Positions 47,677-56,073 of a stretch of 64,000 nt of DNA are shown piece after piece. Each line of letters begins with the position of its first letter. Within the stretch, counting starts at the first letter, position 1. The DNA is from an uncultured Actinomycetes bacterium. GTDB lineage: Bacteria; Actinomycetota; Acidimicrobiia; IMCC26256; DASPTH01. The notes under the pieces were generated by a model, which saw only the letters and a list, made by a program, of their open reading frames with translations, was not told where the DNA came from and ran no database searches. The position numbers and the translations under genes are program-made. The stretch spans positions 42,281 through 106,280 of the forward strand of contig CAVRGS010000001.1 in NCBI GenBank assembly GCA_963720765.1. Direction: 5' to 3'.

Positions 47677-49023
47677 ATGCGACGGATGTTCGGCAAGGTT
47701 CGCATGTTGCTGGTCGGCGTGTGCGCGATCGGGGTGGCCACGCTCGGCGTGGCCCCCGCGGTGGCGCAGTCGTCGAGCGAGAAGCCGACGGCCACCGAGA
47801 TCGGGGTCACCGCCAAGGAGATCCGGATCGCGGTGATCGCCGACGTCGACAACCCGTTCGCGCCCGGCCTGTTCAAGGGTGCGGCCGACGGCGTGAAGGC
47901 GGCGGCGCGATACGTCAACAGCAAGGCCGGTGGCGGCGGCGTTGCCGGTCGGCGACTCGTGGTCGACTTCATCGACTCCAAGCTCACTGCCAACGATGCC
48001 CGCAACGGCACCATCACCGCGTGCCAGAACGACTACGCGATGGTCGGCACGTTCGCGCTGTTCCTCTCCAACATGGACGACGCGAACGCGTGCAAGGACA
48101 AGGCCGGTGCAGCCACCGGAATTCCCGACCTCGCCAGCGTCACCACCGGCGTCGTCGAGTCGTGCTCGCCGGTGGCGTTCCCGGTCAGCCCGCCCGCACT
48201 CGACTGCGCGACCAAGGACCAGAGCCCGCAGACGTACCGTGGCAACCAGTTCGACTCGAAGTACCTCCTGAAGACGCACAAGAACGATCTCCACGGCGCG
48301 ATGGTCGTGTCGGGTGACACGGCCGACGCCAACCGCGGTGGCACCGTGCTCGTCGACGTCGCGAAGCAGGCAGGGATCAAAGCCGATCAGCAGGTGACCG
48401 TCGGCGGTCGCGACCCGCAGAGCGCATACACGCCGATCGTCAACCAGATGAAGAACGACGGCTCGAACTACTCGTACAACACGTCGTCGGCGAACAGCGC
48501 GATCCTGCTCCGCAGCGAGGCCCAGCTGCAGGGCCTGAGCGACAACATCGTGTGGACGTGCACGATCGCCTGTTACGACAAGACGGTGAAGGAGCAGGCC
48601 GACGTCATGGACGGCGAGTACATCCCAATGACCTTCCTGCCCTTCGAGGAGACGAGCACCAACAAGACGCTGGCCGCGTTCATGAAGTACGTCGGGAAGG
48701 CGAACGCGAACGGCTTCGCGGTCTACGGCTGGACGGCCACGCTCGCGTTCAAGCAGGCGGTCGAGGCGATCGTGGCCAAGGAAGGCGTGAACGGTCTCAC
48801 CCGCGCCAACTTCCTGAGCACCGGTGTCGACGGCCTCACCAGCTTCGACGCCGGGGGCATGATCGGCACCGTCGACATCAAGAACAAGGTCCCGACCCCG
48901 TGCCTGATGGTCACGCAGTTGCAGCAGGGCAAGTTCGTGCGCATGGCGCCGAAGAAGAAGGGGACCTTCGACTGCAACAAGCGGAACGCAGTGACGATCA
49001 AGGAAGACCTGATCAAGAAGTAG
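47677..49023 (+). CDS. ABC transporter substrate-binding protein (type 1 periplasmic binding fold, Leu/Ile/Val-binding-like), secreted
   Basis: Signal peptide MRRMFGKVRMLLVGVCAIGVATLGVAPAVAQ. EIRIAVIADV..., VVDFIDSKL...., multiple Cys pairs. No permease or ATPase genes are adjacent. Confidence 0.8.
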   Translation: MRRMFGKVRMLLVGVCAIGVATLGVAPAVAQSSSEKPTATEIGVTAKEIRIAVIADVDNPFAPGLFKGAADGVKAAARYVNSKAGGGGVAGRRLVVDFIDSKLTANDARNGTITACQNDYAMVGTFALFLSNMDDANACKDKAGAATGIPDLASVTTGVVESCSPVAFPVSPPALDCATKDQSPQTYRGNQFDSKYLLKTHKNDLHGAMVVSGDTADANRGGTVLVDVAKQAGIKADQQVTVGGRDPQSAYTPIVNQMKNDGSNYSYNTSSANSAILLRSEAQLQGLSDNIVWTCTIACYDKTVKEQADVMDGEYIPMTFLPFEETSTNKTLAAFMKYVGKANANGFAVYGWTATLAFKQAVEAIVAKEGVNGLTRANFLSTGVDGLTSFDAGGMIGTVDIKNKVPTPCLMVTQLQQGKFVRMAPKKKGTFDCNKRNAVTIKEDLIKK

Positions 49024-49044
49024 GCGCGATCACGTGCGCCACAC

Positions 49045-49860
49045 TCAAGTTCCTCCGGGTTTGCCGGAGCGGAACGTGGCCGGGCGCTTCTCCAGGAACG
49101 AGTCGACCGCTTCGCGGTGGTCGGCGGTCTCGAAGGTGATCGCCTCGAACGCGACCGACAGGTCGTAGAGCTGCACGACGCGCATCTCGAGCTCCTTGTT
49201 CACGAGGCGCTTGTTGAACCGGATCGCGACCGCGGGGCCGGCGGCCAGGCGGCGGGCCATCGCCATCGCTTCGTCGAGCACCTGGTCGCGCGGGACGACG
49301 TGGTTGACGAGCCCGAGCCGGTCGGCATCGGGTGCGGTCACCAGATCGCCGGTCATGAGGTACTCCTTGGCCCGGTTCGGGCCCATGAGCAGCGGCCACA
49401 GCACTGCGCCGCCGTCGCCCGACACGATCGCGCCGCGCACGTGGGGGTCGGCGATGCGGGCGTCGTCGGCCATGTAGACGACGTCGCAGAACAGCGAGAT
49501 CGTCGCGCCGATCCCGATCGCATCGCCGTTGATCGCTGCGATGAGGGGGACCCGCACCGCGAGGATGTTGCGGGCCATCGCCACCGACTCGACGAGGAGC
49601 CCGGGGTGGCCGTCGGGGTACTTCTCGTTGGCCTTCATGTCGTTGAAGTCGGCGCCCACGCAGAAGTACTTCCCGGCCCCGGTGAGCACGACCGCGTTGA
49701 GCTCGTCGTCGGCGACGATGCGCTCGTAGAGCTGCTTGAGCTCGAGATGCATCTGCGGGTTCAGCGAATTGCGGTGCTCGGGACGGTTCAGCGTCGCGAC
49801 CAGCACGCCGTCGTCGTGCAGCTCGGTGCTGATGGTCGAGAGTCCGTAGCGGTCGGTCAT
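49045..49860 (-). CDS. enoyl-CoA hydratase/isomerase (crotonase) family protein
   Basis: LVATLNRPEHRNSLN, VLTGAGKYFCVGADF and INGDAIGIGATISL. Confidence 0.85.
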   Translation of the reverse strand: MTDRYGLSTISTELHDDGVLVATLNRPEHRNSLNPQMHLELKQLYERIVADDELNAVVLTGAGKYFCVGADFNDMKANEKYPDGHPGLLVESVAMARNILAVRVPLIAAINGDAIGIGATISLFCDVVYMADDARIADPHVRGAIVSGDGGAVLWPLLMGPNRAKEYLMTGDLVTAPDADRLGLVNHVVPRDQVLDEAMAMARRLAAGPAVAIRFNKRLVNKELEMRVVQLYDLSVAFEAITFETADHREAVDSFLEKRPATFRSGKPGGT

Positions 49861-50918
49861 CCGGTGGTCTCCTGCGTGAGTGGCGGAACATCGAGAGAGA
49901 CGGCGATGGCATCGAGCTCGGCCACGAGCGCGTCGTCGAGTGGGACGCCGTCGGCGAGCCGCTGCACGCGGCGGTCGGCTTCGAGCTCACCGGGCACGAG
50001 GATCCGGTCGGTACCGGGGGCGAGCTCCGATGCGTGCACGTCGTCGATCAACGCGTCGACGTGAGCGCGGAACGCCTCGAGCGGGAGGAAGCGGGACACG
50101 TCGAGTGCGATGAAGCTGGCCCCTTTGGCCAGTCGGTCCCATCCGGTGAGCTCTGACGCGCTGTGCTCGGTGGTGCCGAAGCTGCTGTCGGCGAGCACGC
50201 CGGCCATGATCTCGACGAGCAGGCCGATGCCGAAGCCCTTGTGTCCGCCGAACCACTGCAACTGCGAGATCGATGCGGCCTGCGGATCGGTGGTGGGGTA
50301 GCCGTGTTCGTCGTTGGCCCAGCCCTCGGGGATCGACTCGTCGCCACGCTTGCGGGCGAGGAGGATCTTGTTGCCCGCGGCTGCCGTGGTGGCCACGTCG
50401 TAGACGAGGTCGGGATGAGCTCCCGCGGGCACCGCGTACGAGAACGGGTTGGTCGAGAAGAGCCCGGTGGTGCCACCGAACGGCGGAACGATGGTGCCAC
50501 CGTTCTGGAACGCCATCGCGAAGCATCCGGATGCCGCGGCACGCATCGTGTAGTAACCGAGCGCGCCGACGTGCGTGATCTCGCGCACCGCGACGGTGGC
50601 CACGCCGTGTTCGCGCGCCCGCTCGACGGCCAGGTCGACCGCAACGACGCCGGCGATCTGGCCGAAGCCGATGCCGCCGTCGAGCAGCACGGTGGACCCG
50701 CGATCGACGACGGTCGACACTCTGGTGTCGGGCCTGAGGTGGCCGCTGCGGACGCGGCCGGTGTACAGCGCCATGAGGTGAGCACCGTGCGAGTCGACGC
50801 CGCGCAGGTCGGCCTCGACGAGGTTGTCGGCGATCACCGGTGCCTGCGCGTCGGGGACGCCGAGCGCGCCGAGCAGCCGCTCCAGCTGGTGGCGGAGCGT
50901 GTCCGCGGGGACGAGCAC
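49857..50918 (-). CDS. Ldh2-family (malate/L-lactate/sulfolactate-type) NAD(P)-dependent dehydrogenase
   Basis: GTG start overlaps the upstream stop (TAGTG). ADLRGVDSHGAHLM, STNPFSYAVP and GGHKGFGIGLLVEIMAGVL are family signatures. Confidence 0.8.
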   Translation of the reverse strand: MLVPADTLRHQLERLLGALGVPDAQAPVIADNLVEADLRGVDSHGAHLMALYTGRVRSGHLRPDTRVSTVVDRGSTVLLDGGIGFGQIAGVVAVDLAVERAREHGVATVAVREITHVGALGYYTMRAAASGCFAMAFQNGGTIVPPFGGTTGLFSTNPFSYAVPAGAHPDLVYDVATTAAAGNKILLARKRGDESIPEGWANDEHGYPTTDPQAASISQLQWFGGHKGFGIGLLVEIMAGVLADSSFGTTEHSASELTGWDRLAKGASFIALDVSRFLPLEAFRAHVDALIDDVHASELAPGTDRILVPGELEADRRVQRLADGVPLDDALVAELDAIAVSLDVPPLTQETTG

Positions 50919-52132
50919 TACGAGCGCGGGCCGGTGCCGTCGCCGAGGCCCTGGAGTCCGAGGAGTCGGATGGCGTTGCCCCGCACGATGTCGAACGCCA
51001 CGGCGTCGTCGAGGTGACCGAACAGCTCCTTGGCCACCTGGTGGGTGTTGGGCCAGGTGCTGTCCTGGTGCGGGTAGTCGGTCTCGAACGCGATGTTGTG
51101 CTGCCCGACGAGGTCGAGGTTCTGCACGCCGACGCTGTCCTTGAAGAAGCAGCTCGTGACCTGCCGGTAGTAGTACTGCGACGGCTTGTCCGACACGTAC
51201 TTCTGGCTCTCGCTCCAACCGCGGTGGGTCTCCCACACGTCGTCGATGCGCTCGAGCACGTACGGGATCCACCCGATCTGCGCTTCGGCGTAGAGGAGCT
51301 TCAGGTTCGGGTGACGCACCAGCACGCCGGAGAAGAGGTAGTCGATGAGCGACGTGGAGCTGTTGGCGAACATGTTGACGGCCTGCACGGCGTCGGGCGC
51401 GTCGGGTGACGACGTGATCGTCTTCGTGCCCGAACCGATGTGCATGGCGAGCACGGTGTCGGTCTCCGCGCACACGGCGAAGAACGGCTCCCAGTACCCG
51501 CTGTGGATGCTGGGCAGCCCGAGCCAGGCGGGGAGCTCGGAGAAGGCGACCGCCCGCACGCCGCGCGCGGCGTTGCGTCGCACCTCGGCGGCCGCGAGCT
51601 CGACGTCCCAGAGCGGCACGAGGCACAACGGGATCAAGCGGCCGTTGCTCCCCGCGCACCACTCCTCGACCTGCCAGTCGTTGTACGCCTCGACGCAGAG
51701 CCGAGCCAGCTCCTTGTCCTGGCCGCGCATGAAGAGCTGCCCGCAGAACCGCGGGTAGTTCGGGAAGCTGAGCGACGCTTCCACGTGGTTCATCGTCATG
51801 TCGTCGATGCGGGCGTGGGGCTGCCAGCACCCGGGGCGCATCTGGTCGTAGGTGATGCCGTGCATCCCGATCTCGTCGGCGGGGTAGCCGGCCGCCGCGA
51901 TCATGCGCTTCACCGAGTACTGGTGGTCCTCGTAGCACCACCACGCGACGTCGGGTCCTTCGGTGCCGGGTGTCTCGATGTAGCCGCCACCGTCGAGGAT
52001 GGGCGTGCCCGTGGGCGCCATCACGATGTGGGGGCCGACGTCGCGGTACTTCGCGGGCAGGCGCGAGGTCCAGAGGTCGGGCGGTTCGACGACGTGGTCG
52101 TCGAGGCTGACGATCCAGGGGATGTCGGTCAT
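50918..52132 (-). CDS. amidohydrolase_2 family protein
   Basis: Start at MTDIPWIVSLDDHVVEPPDLW. C-terminal FETDYPHQDSTWP. Confidence 0.8.
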   Translation of the reverse strand: MTDIPWIVSLDDHVVEPPDLWTSRLPAKYRDVGPHIVMAPTGTPILDGGGYIETPGTEGPDVAWWCYEDHQYSVKRMIAAAGYPADEIGMHGITYDQMRPGCWQPHARIDDMTMNHVEASLSFPNYPRFCGQLFMRGQDKELARLCVEAYNDWQVEEWCAGSNGRLIPLCLVPLWDVELAAAEVRRNAARGVRAVAFSELPAWLGLPSIHSGYWEPFFAVCAETDTVLAMHIGSGTKTITSSPDAPDAVQAVNMFANSSTSLIDYLFSGVLVRHPNLKLLYAEAQIGWIPYVLERIDDVWETHRGWSESQKYVSDKPSQYYYRQVTSCFFKDSVGVQNLDLVGQHNIAFETDYPHQDSTWPNTHQVAKELFGHLDDAVAFDIVRGNAIRLLGLQGLGDGTGPRS

Positions 52133-52160
52133 GTCGGCACTCCTCGAGTGGTGTTGCGTC

Positions 52161-52940
52161 TCAAACGGGTGTGGCGCCGGCGATGGTGGTGCGGTGGAGG
52201 GAACGTCGGGCGCCGTCGGTGTCGCCGACCACCGAGTGCTGCGCACAGCGGTTGTCCCAGATGAGGAGGTCGCCCTCCTCCCAACGGTGGCGCCATGTGT
52301 GCTCCGGCTTGTCGAACTCCGCGTACAGCAGGTCGAGCAACGGCTGGCTGTCGTCGACCGACCATCCTTCGAAGTGCCTGGTGTAGTTGTCGTTGACGAA
52401 CAGCGCGCGTCGTCCCGTCTCGGGATGGGTGCACGCGACCGGGTGCGAGTTCACGATCTCGTCGTCGGGCATGCCGCTGTCGATGGCGAGCTGGGTTGCA
52501 TGGTGCACCGCGCGCAACGAGTCGACAGTGGCGCGGAGACCGTCGGACAGACCCTCGTACGCGAGGTAGCCGTTGGAGAACATCGTGTCGCCGCCGACGG
52601 GCGGGATGATCCGTCCGAGGAGCAGGCTCACCGACGGCGGCTGCTTCGCGTACGTGAAGTCGGAGTGCCAGGTGACGGTGATCGGGTTGGGGTCGTAGAT
52701 CTCGATGATCTCCGGGTGTCCCTCGATCGGGGGCACGTACGGGTGCGGTTCGATGCGCCCCCAGCGGGCGGTGAACGCGACCTGGTCGTCGGGGGTGGCG
52801 TGCGCCTGGCCCTTGATGCAGATGACGAGGTGCTCGAGCAGCGCGTCGTGCACCGCGACGAAGGTGGCGTCGTCGATGTCGGCGATGTCGACACCGGTGA
52901 CCACTGCGCCCAACGCGCCGGCTTGGCGGGTGACCTGCAT
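52161..52940 (-). CDS. TauD/TfdA-family Fe(II)/2-oxoglutarate dioxygenase
   Basis: Start at MQVTRQAGALGAVVTGVD. WHSDFTY (HxD facial triad), GGDTMFSN and LIWDNRCAQH. Confidence 0.85.
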   Translation of the reverse strand: MQVTRQAGALGAVVTGVDIADIDDATFVAVHDALLEHLVICIKGQAHATPDDQVAFTARWGRIEPHPYVPPIEGHPEIIEIYDPNPITVTWHSDFTYAKQPPSVSLLLGRIIPPVGGDTMFSNGYLAYEGLSDGLRATVDSLRAVHHATQLAIDSGMPDDEIVNSHPVACTHPETGRRALFVNDNYTRHFEGWSVDDSQPLLDLLYAEFDKPEHTWRHRWEEGDLLIWDNRCAQHSVVGDTDGARRSLHRTTIAGATPV

Positions 52941-52942
52941 GG

Positions 52943-54553
52943 CTAGAAGGGAGCCGGGAGACGGTCCATCGGAACCTCGATCACGGTGGGACGGTCGTTG
53001 CCGAGAGCCTCGCGCAGCGCGGGCCCGACGTCGGCGCCCTTGGCGACGCGCGTGGCGTCGGCGCCGAAGCTCTCGGCGAATTTCACGAAGTCGGGGTTGC
53101 GCAGCGCGGTGCCGATCTCGCGGCCACCGAAGCGCTCGCGCTGATCGCGGTTCGAGTTGCCGTACGCGTCGTCGTTGTAGACGACGGTGACGGTGTTGAT
53201 CCCGTACTGCACCGCGGTGGCGAGCTCGGTGGCGGCGAAGAGGAACCCGCCGTCGCCGGTGATGCACACGACCGGGGTGTCGGGCCGGGCCACCTTCACG
53301 CCGAGCGCGGCGGGGAAGCCCCATCCCAGGGTGCCCATGTAGCTCGTGCTCAGGTAGGTGCGCGGTCCGTAGGCCGGGTACAGCATGTGGCTCATGTAGC
53401 CCATGGTCGTGGTGCACGGCACGAGCACGCCGTCATCGGGGACGGCGGCGCGCAGCTGGTCGACCATCCGTGCCTGCGGGCCGACCGCCCGCAGCGACGC
53501 GTCGACGGTGGCGCGGAACGCGGTGATCTCGGCGCCGCGGTCGGCGGCGGGATCGCGTCGGGTACGCAGCTCGGTGAGGAGCGCGGCGAGGGTGGGTGCG
53601 GCGTCGCCGACGACCGGCAGCGCGTCGGGGCGGTGGGCGCCGATCTCGGCCCGGTCGACGTCGACGTGCACGACCGGCGTGCCGGCCGGGAGCGCGTTGC
53701 CGATGAAGTGGGTGCCGACCGCGAGGACGACGTCGGCGTCGTCGAGCAGCGGCTGCAGGCGCTGGTTGACCCACGCGGTCCCCGCGTACAGCGGGTGGCG
53801 GGCGTCGAAGCCGCCCTTGCCCTGACGGGTGGTGACCACCGCGGCCTGCAGGAACTCGGCCACGGCCGCCAGCTCGGCAGTCGCGTCACCGAGCACGACG
53901 CCGCCGCCGACCCAGATGACCGGTCGTGGCGACCCGACGAGGAGGTCGGCTGCAAGGGTGATCTCGTCGGGATCGGCGGCCTCGCGGATGCTCTCGGCCG
54001 GCTCGCACAGTGCGATCTCGGCGGCGTCGGAGAAGGCTTCCGGCGGCATCTCGATCTCGACCGGCTGGCGACGCCCGCGCTGCACGCGTGCGAACGCCTC
54101 GTGGACGGTCTCGGGGATCTCGGCGGCGTCGAGCGCGCGGCGTTGCCACGATGTGATCGGGCGCACGAGGTCGAGCTGGTCGTCGATCTCGTGCAGCAGG
54201 CCGAGGTGCTTCCCGATCCCGGCCCGGTTGACCTGCCCGGCGATCAACACGACGGGGGAGGAGGACGCGAACGCGGTCGCCAGTCCCGCGCCCGCGTTGT
54301 ACACGCCCACCCCGGGGACGACGAACGCCACGCCCGGTTGCCCGCCGCCGCGCGCGTACCCGTCGGCGAGGTAGGTGGTGCCCTGCTCGTGGCGGGTGGT
54401 GACGAACTCGATCGACGGTTCGTCGTAGAAGGCGTCGAGCGCGTGCATCGTCTGGTCGCCCGGCAGCCCGAAGACGTGCGTGACGCCTTCGCGGACCAGC
54501 TGGGCGACGAGGGCCTGACCTCCGGTCATACGAGTCGGGTTCGAGTCGGCCAT
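52943..54553 (-). CDS. thiamine-diphosphate-dependent enzyme (acetolactate synthase / sulfoacetaldehyde acetyltransferase-like)
   Basis: Start at MADSNPTRMTGGQALVAQLVREGV. GLPGDQ, and the TPP-binding motif ITGDGGFLF...VVYNDDAYGN. 536 aa. Confidence 0.85.
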   Translation of the reverse strand: MADSNPTRMTGGQALVAQLVREGVTHVFGLPGDQTMHALDAFYDEPSIEFVTTRHEQGTTYLADGYARGGGQPGVAFVVPGVGVYNAGAGLATAFASSSPVVLIAGQVNRAGIGKHLGLLHEIDDQLDLVRPITSWQRRALDAAEIPETVHEAFARVQRGRRQPVEIEMPPEAFSDAAEIALCEPAESIREAADPDEITLAADLLVGSPRPVIWVGGGVVLGDATAELAAVAEFLQAAVVTTRQGKGGFDARHPLYAGTAWVNQRLQPLLDDADVVLAVGTHFIGNALPAGTPVVHVDVDRAEIGAHRPDALPVVGDAAPTLAALLTELRTRRDPAADRGAEITAFRATVDASLRAVGPQARMVDQLRAAVPDDGVLVPCTTTMGYMSHMLYPAYGPRTYLSTSYMGTLGWGFPAALGVKVARPDTPVVCITGDGGFLFAATELATAVQYGINTVTVVYNDDAYGNSNRDQRERFGGREIGTALRNPDFVKFAESFGADATRVAKGADVGPALREALGNDRPTVIEVPMDRLPAPF

Positions 54554-54558
54554 GAAGT

Positions 54559-54570
54559 TGTATACCTTAT
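54559..54570 (+). promoter_or_regulatory. AT-rich motif TGTATACCTTAT in the leader of the TPP-enzyme operon
   Basis: Read directly, 6-17 nt from the start codon at 54553 (minus-strand gene), in a locally AT-rich stretch gaagttgtataccttatccaatcc. Confidence 0.35.
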
Positions 54571-54667
54571 CCAATCCTGTGGATGTGAGGCTGGGAGCCC
54601 GCGAGCTCGGCGACGTCCACGACCCGCAGGCTCCCACCAGGATGCCGCGGCGTGGTGACACCGACGG

Positions 54668-55396
54668 TCAGGCGGTTCCTCGCGCCGGCACGCGGCGGAT
54701 GCCGGCGCCGCCGTGGGCGCCGGTCGGACGGAGGGTCACGGTGAGCGCGCCCGTGTGGCACTCGTGCTTGCGTCCGGCCGCAACGACCTCGGCAAGGGTC
54801 GCGGCCGAGCGCGTCACCGCTTCGTCGACGGTGGGCGTGGCGACGTCGTACAGCGTGAGGTGGTTCGGGCCCGCCGGCTGCGGCGTCAACCGTCGCCACC
54901 GCGACATCGCGGAGAACGCCCCGCACGACAGCATGTCGGGAACGTGCACGTCGTCGTACCACGCGTCCCACCCGGCGGCTCGCGCGGGATCGGTGCACAG
55001 GACGTGCGTGAGGATGTGCCCGGTGCGCGCCGCCGAGGGCGTGGCCTTGGTGCCGTGGACGCCGTGGGCGACGAACACGTCGGCCGCGATCGTCGCGTGC
55101 GCCCGATGCATGCGCCCGGCCGCACGCAGCTCGTCGTCGACCGCCAGCACGCGCGCGGCCTGGGCCGCCGCGTCGGGATCGTCGAGCTCGAGGATCGCCA
55201 CGTGGGTGAACCCGATGCCCGGCATTCCCGGCTCGGGACGGGTGGTGAGCTCGAAGCGCGTCGCCGCCCACGCGCCCGCCGGGCTGCACAGCGCGGGCAG
55301 GTGCACCGTGTCCTCCCACGCGTCCCATCCGGGTTCGTCGGCGGCGCGCACGCACTTCGAGTGCACGACGAGCAACGCTCGTGTCGGCGACGACAT
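54668..55396 (-). CDS. hypothetical protein with two internal repeats (dimeric alpha+beta-barrel / EthD-like by motif)
   Basis: Repeat 1 LLVVHSKCVRAADEPGWDAWEDTVHLPAL. Repeat 2 ILTHVLCTDPARAAGWDAWYDDVHVPDML. The start ATG overlaps the ABC ATPase stop (TGATG). Confidence 0.6.
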   Translation of the reverse strand: MSSPTRALLVVHSKCVRAADEPGWDAWEDTVHLPALCSPAGAWAATRFELTTRPEPGMPGIGFTHVAILELDDPDAAAQAARVLAVDDELRAAGRMHRAHATIAADVFVAHGVHGTKATPSAARTGHILTHVLCTDPARAAGWDAWYDDVHVPDMLSCGAFSAMSRWRRLTPQPAGPNHLTLYDVATPTVDEAVTRSAATLAEVVAAGRKHECHTGALTVTLRPTGAHGGAGIRRVPARGTA

Positions 55397-56073
55397 CAGT
55401 CCAGCAAGGGGTCGATCACCGCTCGGTCGACGGGTCCACGATACGCGACGGTGCCGTCGCGCAGTGCGACGCACCGGCTGACCCGCTCGAGGAAGGCGAG
55501 TTGGTGCGTCGCCACCATCACGGCGCAGCCGGCGTCGGCCGCGGCGGTCAGGAGCTCGGCGAGTGCGTCCTGTCCGGCGGGGTCGAGTCCGACGAACGGT
55601 TCGTCGACGAGCAGCACGGAGAACGGACGCACCAGCGCGAGCACGATCGCCGTCTTCTGGCGCAGTCCCCGGCTGAAGCGGGCGGGGAGGTCGTCGGCGC
55701 GGTGCGTGAGGTTGAGGAGCGCGAGCAGCTCGTCGGCGGCATCGGGGCGTGCCGGCCCTCCGTGCAGGCGGGAGACGTACTCGATGTGCTCGTTCACGGT
55801 GAGGTCGTCGTAGAGCGACGGTTGATCGGAGATGTACGACAGCGATCGACGGGCGTCGAGCGAGCCGGCGGCGGTGCCCTCGACCAGCACGTCGCCGCTG
55901 GTGGGTTCGAGCAACCCCACGGCGAGCTGGAGGAGCGTCGACTTGCCGGCGCCGTTGGCGCCGACCAGCGCGACGAGCTCCCCGCGGGCGATGTCCAGCG
56001 AGATGTCGTCGAGGGCGACGCGGTCGGCGTACGCCTTGGTGACGCCGCGCAGCTCGAGAGCGGGATCGTTCAT
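55396..56073 (-). CDS. ABC transporter ATP-binding protein
   Basis: Walker A GANGAGKST, signature FSRGLRQK, Walker B LLVDEP. ATGA overlap with the upstream membrane gene. Confidence 0.85.
   Translation of the reverse strand: MNDPALELRGVTKAYADRVALDDISLDIARGELVALVGANGAGKSTLLQLAVGLLEPTSGDVLVEGTAAGSLDARRSLSYISDQPSLYDDLTVNEHIEYVSRLHGGPARPDAADELLALLNLTHRADDLPARFSRGLRQKTAIVLALVRPFSVLLVDEPFVGLDPAGQDALAELLTAAADAGCAVMVATHQLAFLERVSRCVALRDGTVAYRGPVDRAVIDPLLD

Noticed and set aside
46021-48294. The 757-aa minus ORF as one protein
   Set aside because: It is a read-through composite: the ADH (46021-47046), the frameshifted RidA-like gene (47102-47580), and sequence antisense to the SBP gene.
49857-51944. 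The 695-aa minus ORF as a fusion protein
   Set aside because: Only the C-terminal 353 codons (from GTG 50918) are Ldh2-like. The upstream part is an alternative frame of the amidohydrolase gene, which has its own clear frame (50918..52132).
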